Shown here in pieces: positions 27,099-37,318 of a DNA stretch of 64,000 bases; position 1 is the first letter of the stretch, and the number at the start of each line of letters is the position of its first letter. Origin of the DNA: Phycisphaerae bacterium (GTDB taxonomy: Bacteria; Planctomycetota; Phycisphaerae; UBA1845); assembly GCA_029260015.1 (NCBI GenBank), contig JAJDEB010000023.1, positions 45,457-109,456 of the forward strand, in the 5' to 3' direction. The position numbers and the translations under genes are program-made. Under the pieces are notes generated by a model. The model made no database searches. It worked only from the letters and a program-made list of their open reading frames with translations, and was not told the DNA's origin.

Positions 27099-28889
27099 AT
27101 GGGTCGTCTCATCCGCCGCATCAGTTTATGGCGAATCCAATTCACCCGTGCGCTAGAAAACGTCGGCATTAACGAGGATCGGATGCTGATCCTGCTCAGT
27201 ATCATGGTCGGTGGAGCCACCGGACTGGGCGCTCACCTCTTTTATGAACTACTCGAATTAGCTTACGACCACGCATCGGCCAGTGACGGCTTATTTGCCC
27301 GTGGAACCTACATGCTCATTCTGCTTCCAACCATTGGGGCGATCCTTGTTGGAATCATAACGTCAACCTTTGCGAGCGAAGCCAAGGGTCACGGCGTGCC
27401 CGAGGTCATGGACGCACTCTGTCGCAAAGGCGGCAAAATCCGACCCCGTGTCGCTTTTGCCAAGGCCATCTCCAGCGCACTGACCATCAGCTCAGGCGGG
27501 TCAGCCGGAACCGAAGGCCCGATTGTTCAGATTGGCGCAGCGATCGGCAGCAGCGTCGGACAAGTGCTGGGCATCAAACGCCACCAAATGAACACGCTCG
27601 TCGCATGCGGAGTGGCCGGCGGAATTGCCGCAATTTTTAACGCGCCCATTGCTGGCGTGCTGTTTGCGCTCGAAATCTTCCTCCGCGATTTTTCATTCCG
27701 CACTTTCTCGCCCATTGTCTTTGCGAGCGTCATCAGCACATCGCTGACCCACGCCCTTCGCCCGGACGAAGGCGGTATTTTTGAAGTGGTCAATCCCGAA
27801 CTATACACCTTCCGCGGCGCGGAATTGCCTTACTACTTGGTGCTGGGAGTGTTTTGCGCCATTGCGTCGGTGGCATTCATCCGCATCCTCTATTTCGCAG
27901 AAGATGTCGCCGACAAAGTGAAAATCCCCAATACGCTCAAGCCCGCAGTCGGTGGCGCACTTCTCGGCCTATTGGGCATTGCATATGTCAGCATTCGTCA
28001 TCCCGATCTCGTCCCCGAATTCTACAGCAACGGTTACCCGCTCATTCGACAGGCCATCGGACCGGACTTGATCAGCGTTGGACTCTGGACGCTCGTCGGA
28101 CTCGGATTTCTAAAAGGGTTGGCCACCACCTTCACGCTCGGAAGCGGTGGTTCGGGAGGCATCTTCGCGCCATCACTCTTTATGGGCGCGTGCCTGGGGG
28201 GTGCATTCGGTATCGCCATGCACAAACTCGGGTTGATCGAAGAAACCAGCGCATCTGCGTACGCCATCGTCGGGATGGCCGCCCTTGTCGCTGGTACGAC
28301 ACACGCACCGCTCACCGCAATCGTCATGCTATACGAACTTACCCGCCAACCGCGCGTGATTCTGCCTATCATGTTTGCAGCGATCGTCACCACGTCGATG
28401 GCCCAATACCTGCTTCGCGAAAGTATCTACACCCTCAAACTCGTGCGTCGTGGAATCCGCATCGGTCGAGTTGCCGACGCGACGATACTCAGACGCCTCC
28501 ACGCCGATCAGGTGCCCACCGTTCCGGCACCGCTTGTTCGGCCCGACGCGCCCTTGCAACAGCTACTGCGGATGGCCGAAGATTATCAGTCACCCGATTT
28601 CGTGGTTGTGGACGAAGACGGAAAATATACAGGGATTGTCGTGGCGGAGGATATTAAGACGGCACTTCTGCAACCAGAAGCCGTTCCGCTCCTGGTGGTG
28701 GCCGAACTCGCCCGACCGGCAGTCCCATGCATCCACCCGTCCGACACGCTCGACAGCGTCCTCGACAAATTCGCCCGACTAAGGGTCAACGCCCTTCCGG
28801 TAACCGGACAGGATGATGTGATCCGTTCAATGATCACACGCCACGCCGTGATGGACGTCTATCAGCAGGCTCTCGACGAGCAAGGATAG
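27099..28889 (+). CDS. ClC-family chloride channel/antiporter with C-terminal CBS pair
   Basis: Selectivity-filter motifs GSAGTEGPIVQIG and GSGGIFAPSLFMGA, many TM helices, and a C-terminal ~140 aa with two CBS-like units. AGGAGG lies 5 nt upstream of the ATG. Confidence 0.9.
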   Translation: MGRLIRRISLWRIQFTRALENVGINEDRMLILLSIMVGGATGLGAHLFYELLELAYDHASASDGLFARGTYMLILLPTIGAILVGIITSTFASEAKGHGVPEVMDALCRKGGKIRPRVAFAKAISSALTISSGGSAGTEGPIVQIGAAIGSSVGQVLGIKRHQMNTLVACGVAGGIAAIFNAPIAGVLFALEIFLRDFSFRTFSPIVFASVISTSLTHALRPDEGGIFEVVNPELYTFRGAELPYYLVLGVFCAIASVAFIRILYFAEDVADKVKIPNTLKPAVGGALLGLLGIAYVSIRHPDLVPEFYSNGYPLIRQAIGPDLISVGLWTLVGLGFLKGLATTFTLGSGGSGGIFAPSLFMGACLGGAFGIAMHKLGLIEETSASAYAIVGMAALVAGTTHAPLTAIVMLYELTRQPRVILPIMFAAIVTTSMAQYLLRESIYTLKLVRRGIRIGRVADATILRRLHADQVPTVPAPLVRPDAPLQQLLRMAEDYQSPDFVVVDEDGKYTGIVVAEDIKTALLQPEAVPLLVVAELARPAVPCIHPSDTLDSVLDKFARLRVNALPVTGQDDVIRSMITRHAVMDVYQQALDEQG

Positions 28890-29020
28890 CCCTAAATATC
28901 TGTAAATTATGAATTTACGAAATATCGCTATTTTTTTCTGAACGAGGCGAACCTTCTCGCAGGCCTGGCGTAAATAAAGCAAGGAAAGTTACTTTTCCTT
29001 CCTCCTCCTTCATGACCGAA

Positions 29021-29064
29021 TGCAATGCCGGGGCGGCGAATTGATGCCGCCCCGCTGCATTTTT
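29021..29064 (+). terminator. GC-rich hairpin plus T-tract (candidate intrinsic terminator)
   Basis: Stem CGGGGCGGC/GCCGCCCCG with an outer TGCA/TGCA pairing, followed by TTTTT. It overlaps the ORF-track start (29025) of the tsaB ORF, which argues that the real tsaB start is further downstream. Confidence 0.5.
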
Positions 29065-29123
29065 ACCCTCCGATCACAACCAATACCGTGTCACAAGTTC
29101 TAAGTTTCCTACAATCGCACCCC

Positions 29124-29858
29124 ATGAACAGTCCCTCGAAATCAATGGTCGCACTAGCCGTCGAAACATCCGGCGGACGAGGCAGCGTACTCGTCGCCCG
29201 TGGCACACAAGTGCTCGCCAGCAACACTTTCAAGGTCGAACAGCAACACGGTGTTCAGCTGCTTCCCACTGTTGATGCGCTCACCAAGAAAGCCGGTCTG
29301 TCTCCGACAGATTTTGAAGTGGTCCATGTCTCCGGTGGACCCGGCAGTTTCACCGGACTGCGCATCGGGATCACCTTTGCCAAGGCGATGGCCTTCGCAT
29401 TGGATTGCAAAGTCGTGCGCGTACCGAGTCTGGACGTACTTGCCCAAAATGCCCTCGACTTAAACCCTCGACCCGACCGGGTGATATCGATCTTCGATGC
29501 GAAACGCGGCAACGTGTTTGGCCGCACATTCGAACTTCGCGATGACCACTACGAACCGATCGACGATCCAAAGGAACGGGCACCTTCCGATTACCTGGCG
29601 AAGCATTCTCCGGCAACGATTCTCGGTGCAGGTGTCGAACGACATCGCGAAGTCATCGACGAAGCGTCAGGCATCAGCGTAGCAGGTAGTGAATTTAATT
29701 TTGGCCGCGCAGAGTGGGTGCTGCAACTTGGCACACAAATGGCCGCTCGAAATGAGTTCACCGCTCTTAACGACCTGATCCCGATCTACATCCGCAAACC
29801 AGACGCAGAAGAAAAATGGGAAGCAAGGCAAGCGGCGAGAGCCGAAGAAGCGAACTGA
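29124..29858 (+). CDS. tsaB: tRNA threonylcarbamoyladenosine (t6A) biosynthesis protein TsaB (YeaZ)
   Basis: MVALAVETSGGRGSVLVARG and VHVSGGPGSFTGLRIGITFAKAMAFAL are typical of TsaB. I prefer the ATG at 29124 because the upstream extension contains a terminator-like hairpin. Confidence 0.85.
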   Translation: MNSPSKSMVALAVETSGGRGSVLVARGTQVLASNTFKVEQQHGVQLLPTVDALTKKAGLSPTDFEVVHVSGGPGSFTGLRIGITFAKAMAFALDCKVVRVPSLDVLAQNALDLNPRPDRVISIFDAKRGNVFGRTFELRDDHYEPIDDPKERAPSDYLAKHSPATILGAGVERHREVIDEASGISVAGSEFNFGRAEWVLQLGTQMAARNEFTALNDLIPIYIRKPDAEEKWEARQAARAEEAN

Positions 29859-29892
29859 TCAACGAAGTTTGTCAGGTAGGCGGTACACGACC

Positions 29893-30261
29893 TCAAGGCA
29901 GATGTTTTTTGATCCCGCAATCCTCTTCGCGCAGCAACTTGATGGAATCAGTTTCATTGACGCGGTTGTAAAATGTGTTCCAGCGCTTGGATTGAATCAA
30001 CGGCTTTTGCTCGAAGATGGCATAACCAAAGGTTGCGTTTTCCAGATATCCGATCCCCAACCAATAAATATCAGCACCGCGAATCACACCGTTCGACGCC
30101 GCATCGACCGACATGCAACCGCACGCGTACCACAACCGGAAGTAACTCGAATATCGAAGCATCAACAATTCGTCTTTGTCGGCCCGCAGCACGATGTCTT
30201 TGTACGTCGCCCGTTCGGCGTCGATGGTCGGGCACCCGGTTGAAGCGGCCAATCGTTGCAC
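29893..30261 (-). CDS. Hypothetical protein (122 aa, GTG start)
   Basis: The ORF shows GC-rich third positions consistent with neighbouring genes. No start codon exists upstream in frame before a TGA at ~30388. I recognise no family. Confidence 0.45.
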   Translation of the reverse strand: MQRLAASTGCPTIDAERATYKDIVLRADKDELLMLRYSSYFRLWYACGCMSVDAASNGVIRGADIYWLGIGYLENATFGYAIFEQKPLIQSKRWNTFYNRVNETDSIKLLREEDCGIKKHLP

Positions 30262-30800
30262 AGTAGACCCTTCCCTAGCAGGTAAGCGCTTTGAGCGCTG
30301 ATCCGATCGGGGGCATCCAAGATTTGAAACCCGACCGTTGGGAATCCATTCCCAAGCGTTATTGACTGCGGACCCACACTTGCCCGATCAACATGATCTC
30401 AGCCGAGACTCACCCAAGCACACACCCATCCGATTCACTCTGTATGGGTTGTGCGGGCTATTCCGGACCGAAAACGATTTCAGCGCTAAGAACCATTATG
30501 CATATCGGACCTTCACATTTCCATCGGTAAAACGCCCTAACGGTGAGTTGTTTGGAGTATGAACAGATGTACCCCCGCCAAAAGGGTGCAGTTCTCAATA
30601 ATTCACAGGCTGTCTAGCAGCTGAAACCATGAAGTGTGGCCCGCCAACTTTCGCCGTTCTCACGATTACGGGTAACGGGATGTTGTCAAAGTCAAGTCGA
30701 TGGAACCCAATGAGTCTATGCGTGTCAAAGTGATTAAGATCAATGTGTCCGCTCGTTGCGGATTTGCCCCAAACCCCACAAAACCTCCCGGAGGATTGCC

Positions 30801-32342
30801 ATGCGTCTGATTCTCAAGACATACGTTCTGTTGATGCTGACCACTGGACCACTGGCCTTTTCCGCGACTGAACTATCCGGATCGAAGAGCCCGTCGCTGA
30901 CCATCTACAACCAGGATTTCGGCGTCATCCGAAGTCAGATTCCATTGAGACTTCTAGCTGGCGTTAACGAAGTGTCAATCACTGACATTTCCGCGCACGT
31001 TGAACCGCACTCGGTGATTCTGCGCGACCCGTCCGGCAAGACGCAACTGCGAATCCTCGAACAGAATTACCGCGCCGACCCGGTTTCGCAATTACTGCTA
31101 TTGAGTCAATACGAAGGACAGGCCATCGACTTTGTCGTCGGAGGTACCGCGACCGAACCGGAGATCGTTTCTGGGAAAATCATCCGCAGCGGTTACGTTC
31201 CGCACTACAGCGCCTTTAGCAGCTTCGGTGCCGAGTACCGTCAACGCCAAATGCAAATGAGTTACAACATACAGAGTCAACCGCTCATTGAAGTGAACGG
31301 AAAGCTGCGCTTTGGACTGCCGGGTACGCCGCTCTTTCCAAGTCTTTCCGACGACAACATTCTAAAGCCCACGCTCAACTGGCACATTCAATCCGACGCA
31401 AACAATGATGTGAACGCCGAGCTTGCGTACCTGACTGGTGGCATAAGTTGGCGGGCGGATTACAATGTCGTCGCCGAATCAGATGACGACATCGTTTCGA
31501 TATTGGGTTGGGTCACGATTGAAAACCAATGCGGCGCTACCTTTGAAAACGCCCGCATCAAACTGATGGCTGGTGATGTGAATCGAATATCACCTTCTGC
31601 ACCGTCCAACATGTACCTTTATGAGAGATCAAGTCGCTCGTTGGGGATGGCCGGCAACGAACCCGGCGTCACCGAGAAATCCTTCGAGGATTACCATCTT
31701 TACACCGTCGCCCGCCCTTCCACGATCCGCGATCGCGAAACCAAACAGATCGAATTCATCCGCGCCGATCAAATCAAAGCCACCCGCAAATACGTCTACG
31801 ATGGAGCAGATATCAACTGGCCACAATACCGCGGCTGGGGTTACGAAACCCTTCGCTCGCATTCAGATTTTGGATCGGGAAACACGAGCAAAGTCCACGT
31901 CGTTCGCGAATTCACCAACTGCGAATCGAATAACCTGGGCATGCCTTTGCCATCGGGCAAGCTACGTTTCTATCGCCGCGACGACGATGGCCAACTTGAA
32001 TTCACCGGCGAAAACGTAATTGACCATACGCCGAAAGATGAAGTCGTCCGCGTCAACACCGGCAATGCATTCGACCTAGTCGGCGAACGCACGAGAACGA
32101 ACTTCCAAACCGACAGCAGCAAGCGGTATACAGACGAATGGTTTGAAATCGAGTTGCGCAACCGCAAAGAGGAACCCGTCACGATCACGGTCGTCGAGCA
32201 TCTATACCGCTGGCGCAATTGGGAGATCAGCGAAAACAATCACGACTTCAAGAAGAAAGACAGCGACACGATTGAGTTTGACGTGGCCCTTGCACCGAAC
32301 GAAGTGAAGACGATCAAGTACAAAGCACACTATTCGTGGTAA
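30801..32342 (+). CDS. Secreted DUF4139-like (mucoidy-inhibitor-A-like) protein
   Basis: ATG at 30801 with GGAGGA 6 nt upstream. Signal peptide MRLILKTYVLLMLTTGPLAFSA. The N-terminal SLTIYNQDFGVIRSQIPLRLLAGVNEVSITDISAHVEPHSVILRD pattern is what I associate with DUF4140/DUF4139 proteins. Family assignment is from memory. Confidence 0.7.
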   Translation: MRLILKTYVLLMLTTGPLAFSATELSGSKSPSLTIYNQDFGVIRSQIPLRLLAGVNEVSITDISAHVEPHSVILRDPSGKTQLRILEQNYRADPVSQLLLLSQYEGQAIDFVVGGTATEPEIVSGKIIRSGYVPHYSAFSSFGAEYRQRQMQMSYNIQSQPLIEVNGKLRFGLPGTPLFPSLSDDNILKPTLNWHIQSDANNDVNAELAYLTGGISWRADYNVVAESDDDIVSILGWVTIENQCGATFENARIKLMAGDVNRISPSAPSNMYLYERSSRSLGMAGNEPGVTEKSFEDYHLYTVARPSTIRDRETKQIEFIRADQIKATRKYVYDGADINWPQYRGWGYETLRSHSDFGSGNTSKVHVVREFTNCESNNLGMPLPSGKLRFYRRDDDGQLEFTGENVIDHTPKDEVVRVNTGNAFDLVGERTRTNFQTDSSKRYTDEWFEIELRNRKEEPVTITVVEHLYRWRNWEISENNHDFKKKDSDTIEFDVALAPNEVKTIKYKAHYSW

Positions 32343-32657
32343 TGAAGCGCGACGATGGAAAGTGAACGTTGGCGATCCTACGATTCATTCGTAACTGCTA
32401 CTGGTGCGGGCGTGTAACCCAGCAGGTATCGCTTGAGACGCAGGTCGGCAACGGCAAGGATCGCCGCAGCATCGTCAGCCGGAGCGAGAAACAACTCGCT
32501 GATGCCCATGCCGTTGCGGTCCTGGCTGTTGCGTTGGCAGCGGCGGCGGATGGCTCGGACGAGTCTGGCTGACATGGCGGCGTCTCCGATTCAGTGTTTC
32601 GCCTGCCCCATAGCAAGCGTCTCTGATCGGTATTGGCCGCATAACGGGCGGAATCTT

Positions 32658-34409
32658 TCAGAATGGGTTGTGATTTTCGACGAAGACCGGCGAATCCGGC
32701 ACGAAAACGTACTTCTTAATGTCGTCAGGAGTGTTTTCGGCTTGGACTAACCCAAGATCCGCGATCAGGTTTTCGGGCCTTTTTTGGAAGTAGTCCCGGG
32801 AATCGTCTTCAAACTCTAAAACGAACATGACACGTAAGTCATTAACCTGACGGGTCTTACGGATTTCGACCAACCAAGAGCCCAGCTCACCGCGACTCTC
32901 CGGCATTGGGCTGACCGGCATCCCGGTTTCGAGGGCGATGTCGTCGTGGAAGTTGCTGAAAACGATGGTGCCCGGGCCAGCTTGCTTGCCAACCCACGAG
33001 TAGAGTTCGCAACTGTTCGCTCCGAAGCGGTGGTCCCAGCGGCCATACTCGGTGAACGATCGGTCAGCTGCCAGCCAACGATCACGCGTTCGCATGGCGT
33101 CCTGCTGCACAAACCATGAGATTGCAAAAACGCAAACGAGACCCGCCGCCCCCCGAACGAACCAGCGGTTCCAAATGACGAACGGCGCCAGGAACAGCAA
33201 TAAGTAGATCGGTCGAATCGGATCGTAATAGCGGGCCAACCCAACGTAATCGAACTTGCCTTTGAAAAGCGTGCTCGCAGTGACAAGCACTGTCACCAGC
33301 GCAGCGGCGGACGCGATGAGCAACTGCGTTCGTTGATTGGCGAATAGTGCTGCAAAGCGATGTCTTGAACTGGCAAACAACATTGGCACCGCGAGTGCAA
33401 ACAAAGGAAGCCCGACACCGAAAATCAATTTAGCTTCAGGTCGATACGCATAGAGCGTTTGCGCGGTCCAATGCTGCCACGCCGCCCCGATCATCGAAAA
33501 TGAGAAATCGAACCCCAGTCGATTGCCAAGATTGAATTGTTCCTGCGCCGAAGCACCATCACCCATCACACGATTGAACGCGATCAGCGCGACCATCGGA
33601 AACCCAGCGGCCAACGCAAAGATCAATGCATCGCGCATCGTTCGCCGGCGCATGGCCAACCAGTCAAACAGCAGAAACGCGCCAATCGCAATCGGCACAA
33701 AAACGGATGCATAACGTATCCAAACCAATGAACCAGCAACCACGCCAAGGACGATGACGTCTCTAGCACCTGCCACGCTCGCAACTTCAGAGGCTTCGCC
33801 ACCAACCCGCCCAAGCCCCAACAATCGAATCGAAAGCAGCAGCACGACCGGCAGCATCGCCACGAGAATCGTATCGGAACTGGGGTGAATCAGATGCTCC
33901 ATCGATACCGAAGACACCGCCACAACGATCGCAAGCATCCAAGCCGCCACGCCTCGCGGAAGCATCGCTCGCGCCAATGCAAACCACGCCACCATCGCTA
34001 TGCCGCAAAACAAAATGTTCAAAGCGGTCGCCGCTTCGGCAGTCGTTGTGCCCAATACCGTTCGCACGGTCGCAATCAGCAGAGGATAGCCTGCCGGCCA
34101 CTGCGTTAAGACTGCCCAGTCGCTGCGCCAAGTCCAATCTTGAAACGGCGCTTTCGGCGGAATCGCGGTCAGGCCTTGCCCATCGCAAAGGCGATCGACG
34201 GCTAAGAATGTGTATGCGTTGTCCTGCTCAATGCGCGGTGGGATACTCGATCGTCCGGGCATCAACCACAAGCCAGTGACAGCTGCGATCAGTGCAATCG
34301 CCCACGCAACCGACCGACGGAAGCCTGCTAAGAAACGCGGCACGTCCCGCGCGCACTCTATCTGAGCGTCGTGACTTTCATTCTGCCATTTGGCTGATGC
34401 GGTGTTCAA
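32658..34409 (-). CDS. Polytopic membrane protein, possibly ArnT/PMT-like (GT-C) glycosyltransferase
   Basis: 583 aa with about 12 hydrophobic segments followed by a ~130-aa soluble C-terminus. The overall layout resembles GT39/GT83 enzymes. No catalytic motif verified. Confidence 0.6.
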   Translation of the reverse strand: MNTASAKWQNESHDAQIECARDVPRFLAGFRRSVAWAIALIAAVTGLWLMPGRSSIPPRIEQDNAYTFLAVDRLCDGQGLTAIPPKAPFQDWTWRSDWAVLTQWPAGYPLLIATVRTVLGTTTAEAATALNILFCGIAMVAWFALARAMLPRGVAAWMLAIVVAVSSVSMEHLIHPSSDTILVAMLPVVLLLSIRLLGLGRVGGEASEVASVAGARDVIVLGVVAGSLVWIRYASVFVPIAIGAFLLFDWLAMRRRTMRDALIFALAAGFPMVALIAFNRVMGDGASAQEQFNLGNRLGFDFSFSMIGAAWQHWTAQTLYAYRPEAKLIFGVGLPLFALAVPMLFASSRHRFAALFANQRTQLLIASAAALVTVLVTASTLFKGKFDYVGLARYYDPIRPIYLLLFLAPFVIWNRWFVRGAAGLVCVFAISWFVQQDAMRTRDRWLAADRSFTEYGRWDHRFGANSCELYSWVGKQAGPGTIVFSNFHDDIALETGMPVSPMPESRGELGSWLVEIRKTRQVNDLRVMFVLEFEDDSRDYFQKRPENLIADLGLVQAENTPDDIKKYVFVPDSPVFVENHNPF

Positions 34410-34469
34410 TGCGGGCTCGCCATTTACGAATACCGATTCCGTCAGGGCGCACGTTTAGCCCTGATAGAA

Positions 34470-35582
34470 TTATCGGACATCCGGACTGGCGAGTTTTGAA
34501 TCGGTGTTTTCAGCATGATCAATGGCGAGAATCAACGACCACAACCGATCGAGTTCGAGCGTCAATTCAACGGTGCAGATTCCGCTCGCAACTTCGATGC
34601 GAGTCTGGTGGGCAGTGTGCAAGAACGCCGACCACAATGCGTCGTATTTTCGCGCTCGCTTGAGCCACTTCCCAACCGTCATACCCCCCTCTATTGGCAG
34701 GGCCAACTCGTCTACTTTGGTCGCGATCTTGATGAGTGCATCTGCTTGCGCCGTGCTGCGGGCGATGGCCAGTTCCTGCTCGTTGCTGCCATCGGTATTC
34801 GTCGCGCCTTTACCGGTTGCGACCAATGTCTGCGTAACCCATCCCGGCGCTTCCGGCTCGCTCGAATCTAACCATGACCGTACCTCGCTCCAAGGTGGCA
34901 GTCCGTACCCCACCGCTTCGTATTGAATTCCACCGATCTCAAACGGCACGCTGATCGTACAAACCTGACAAGGATGCATCGTCGGCAGGATTGACGCGAC
35001 GGTGGATCGGTATGCGTCGAGTTGCTTATTTGATTCGGCGTCAGGCGTCGCAACATGTTTGGCGAACGCAGCATCGATCTGGCGGCGCGCATCGTCGCGA
35101 GCGATGTCGATGGCCATTGTCATTCCGACGGGTGACACGGTCTCCCAACCCTGCGGATGGACGGTGCCGTCTGTATCGACGGACATGGCAATGCCCAATG
35201 CGACAAACCGCCGACCCTCGATCGGTTTGAGCAGCGCCTTGAGATCTGCATCGAGCGTAGTGTCAGTCAGCGCGTTGAACATATCGCTGACCGCCAACTG
35301 TACGATCGCGTGTGATTGTCCGGCGGCTGGTACGGTTACCACATGCACCCGAACTAACTGTCGAAGGCGCAGGTCGATGCCCGACGATTTGATCGACTGG
35401 CGCAGGCTAACGCCTTCGTCCAATCGACAGTCGTAAAGTTGATCGGTGAGTTGCCGGACGCCATCGGCCAGCGCCACCGTTGCTGGCTGGCTTGCATTTG
35501 CGATGTTACCAGCCAGCGCAATGACAGCGACAAGCAAGGCTGGGAGCTGCGAACATTTTGGCTGAATCGTACGTTTGTCCAA
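34470..35582 (-). CDS. Secreted hypothetical protein (trimmed from the 616-aa ORF)
   Basis: The ORF-track ORF 34470-36320 runs antisense through ispG. The only plausible start outside ispG is TTG 35582 (LDKRTIQPKCSQLPALLVAVIALAGNIANASQ, signal-peptide-like). No family recognised. Confidence 0.55.
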   Translation of the reverse strand: MDKRTIQPKCSQLPALLVAVIALAGNIANASQPATVALADGVRQLTDQLYDCRLDEGVSLRQSIKSSGIDLRLRQLVRVHVVTVPAAGQSHAIVQLAVSDMFNALTDTTLDADLKALLKPIEGRRFVALGIAMSVDTDGTVHPQGWETVSPVGMTMAIDIARDDARRQIDAAFAKHVATPDAESNKQLDAYRSTVASILPTMHPCQVCTISVPFEIGGIQYEAVGYGLPPWSEVRSWLDSSEPEAPGWVTQTLVATGKGATNTDGSNEQELAIARSTAQADALIKIATKVDELALPIEGGMTVGKWLKRARKYDALWSAFLHTAHQTRIEVASGICTVELTLELDRLWSLILAIDHAENTDSKLASPDVR

Positions 35583-35672
35583 TTTCGATGCTTCCAAAGG
35601 TGGCTCAATTCGCGGGCCACGATATGATTCGTACAACCGCTGCGATGCAGGGAATTGTAATCGGAAATCGCC

Positions 35673-36878
35673 ATGAAGCCTCGACGAAAAACCAGAACGG
35701 TCCATGTCAGTTCGATCCCCATCGGCGGTGACAACCCCGTCGCCATCCAGTCGATGACCAGCACCTATACTTACGAAATCGACAAAACCATTGCCGAAAT
35801 TCGCAAGCTCGCAGAAGCCGGGTGCGATATTGTGCGCGTCGCCACACCCAACAAAATCGACACTGCCGCCCTTCCGTCGATTCTCGAACAATCGCCTGTT
35901 CCGATCGTCGCCGACGTGCATTTTCATTTTGAACGGGCCTTGGAAGCCGTCGAAGCCGGCGTGCACAAGATCCGTTTGAACCCCGGGAACATCAACGACC
36001 GCAAGCAAGTTGATCGCGTCATCGCGGCGTGCAAAGAACGCGGCATCCCCATTCGCATCGGTGTGAATGAAGGCGGAATCGTCGAACGAAAAGACCAATC
36101 CAAACGCGCCGAAGAAATGGGGGCCATCGCCAGCGACCGCCACGGTCACATGATTCGCATCATGGTTCAAAAGCTCGAAGAGTACCTGCGCATCTTCGAC
36201 GAGAACGATTTCGGCGACGTGGTCATCAGCGCCAAGAGCATCGACCCGCGCATCTGCATTGACGCCTACCGCGCGATCAGCGAACGCTTCGACTATCCGC
36301 TGCACCTCGGCGTCACCCATGCGGGCCCACCCGAAACCGGACGCATCCGCAGCGTGTCGGCGCTTTCGGCACTGCTCGCAGATGGCATCGGCGATACGCT
36401 CCGCATCTCGTACGCTGCCGACCCCGTCTACGAAGTTGACGATGCCAAAGAACTTCTATGCGTACTCGGTATGCGCAACCGCGAAGAACCCGAACTCATC
36501 GCCTGCCCAACGTGTGGCCGCATCGAAATCGACTTGATCAAACTCGTCTCCGAAGTTCGCCATAAGCTGGCAGACATCAAGACGCCAGTGAAAGTGGCTG
36601 TCATGGGTTGCGTCGTCAACGGACCCGGAGAAGCCGAAGGGGCCGACGTCGCAGTCTTTGCAGGCAAGGGTCGCGGCATCATCTATGTGCAAGGCAAGCA
36701 AACCCGCACGGTGACCGAATCCGAAATGCTCGAAGCATTGTATGAAGAAGCGAAAGCCTTCGCCGAAAAAGTCGAACGCGGCGAGGCGCAACTGTCGTCG
36801 GGCCAGGTCAGTATCATCCCGCCCGATCCGCTGCCCCGAGCCGACGGCAGCATCCCGCTCAATGTCATCGGAGGCTAG
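35673..36878 (+). CDS. ispG: 4-hydroxy-3-methylbut-2-en-1-yl diphosphate synthase (IspG/GcpE)
   Basis: Motifs IGGDNPVAIQSMT, DIVRVA, PIVADVHF, IRLNPGNI and IRIGVNEGG, plus the [4Fe-4S] cysteines in ACPTCGR...MGCVVNGPGE. Confidence 0.95.
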   Translation: MKPRRKTRTVHVSSIPIGGDNPVAIQSMTSTYTYEIDKTIAEIRKLAEAGCDIVRVATPNKIDTAALPSILEQSPVPIVADVHFHFERALEAVEAGVHKIRLNPGNINDRKQVDRVIAACKERGIPIRIGVNEGGIVERKDQSKRAEEMGAIASDRHGHMIRIMVQKLEEYLRIFDENDFGDVVISAKSIDPRICIDAYRAISERFDYPLHLGVTHAGPPETGRIRSVSALSALLADGIGDTLRISYAADPVYEVDDAKELLCVLGMRNREEPELIACPTCGRIEIDLIKLVSEVRHKLADIKTPVKVAVMGCVVNGPGEAEGADVAVFAGKGRGIIYVQGKQTRTVTESEMLEALYEEAKAFAEKVERGEAQLSSGQVSIIPPDPLPRADGSIPLNVIGG

Positions 36879-36887
36879 TGGTTCGTC

Positions 36888-36961
36888 ACTCCCGCGCATG
36901 CGGGAGTCCAGAACTGGCGATAAGCAACGTGCGGGACTTGGATTCCCGCTTTCGCGGGAAT
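36888..36961. repeat. Two related REP-like hairpins downstream of ispG
   Basis: ACTCCCGC-GCAT-GCGGGAGT (36888-36907) and ATTCCCGC-TTTC-GCGGGAAT (36942-36961). They share the core TCCCGC-N4-GCGGGA. They probably act as terminator or mRNA-stabilising elements. Confidence 0.55.
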
Positions 36962-37318
36962 GACAGTAGAGCGAACCCGCAAGATGACGCGTGGGCCTAC
37001 ACTAACCGATTCCCCAGTCATTCACCGCGTCACTAATCTATCAAACCGTGCCACTGCTCTGTGAGCATTGTTAAGAGCGAAAGCGTCGCCACACCATTTC
37101 GGACGCCCACCACTATCGCCAAGTCCCTGTGACCCAAACGTGACAATCGAACAACCGCCCCACCGCACTCTCAAACGCACATTTCAAACATTCCCAAACA
37201 CCCATTGAAATTTCGCCCGTCATTCGGGAACCCGACGAATTCCGGCGTGTCCAATGTGATGCAACCAAAACGATTGTTGACCCAGCCCACTACTTGTCAC
37301 GTTTACGGAGAATCGCTC

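Noticed and set aside
29025-29123. N-terminal extension of the tsaB ORF (start at 29025)
   Set aside because: The first codons coincide with a GC-rich hairpin plus T-tract (29021-29064). The ATG at 29124 gives a normal TsaB N-terminus.
32369-32575. Two mutually antisense small ORFs (67 aa plus strand, 65 aa minus strand) in the 315-nt gap after the DUF4139-like gene
   Set aside because: Both show GC-rich third positions, and neither has a recognisable motif or a clear ribosome-binding site. I cannot decide which, if either, is real, so neither is reported as a feature.
35583-36320. N-terminal 246 codons of the 616-aa minus-strand ORF 34470-36320
   Set aside because: This part runs antisense through the well-supported ispG gene and reads as Gly/Asp/Val-rich nonsense. 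I kept only the region downstream of TTG 35582, which begins with a signal-peptide-like segment.
36942-36961. Match to the neisserial dRS3-type pattern ATTCCC-N8-GGGAAT as a hint of horizontal transfer
   Set aside because: A 20-nt palindrome is far too short to infer relatedness. The surrounding genes are ordinary housekeeping genes, with no mobile-element signature.
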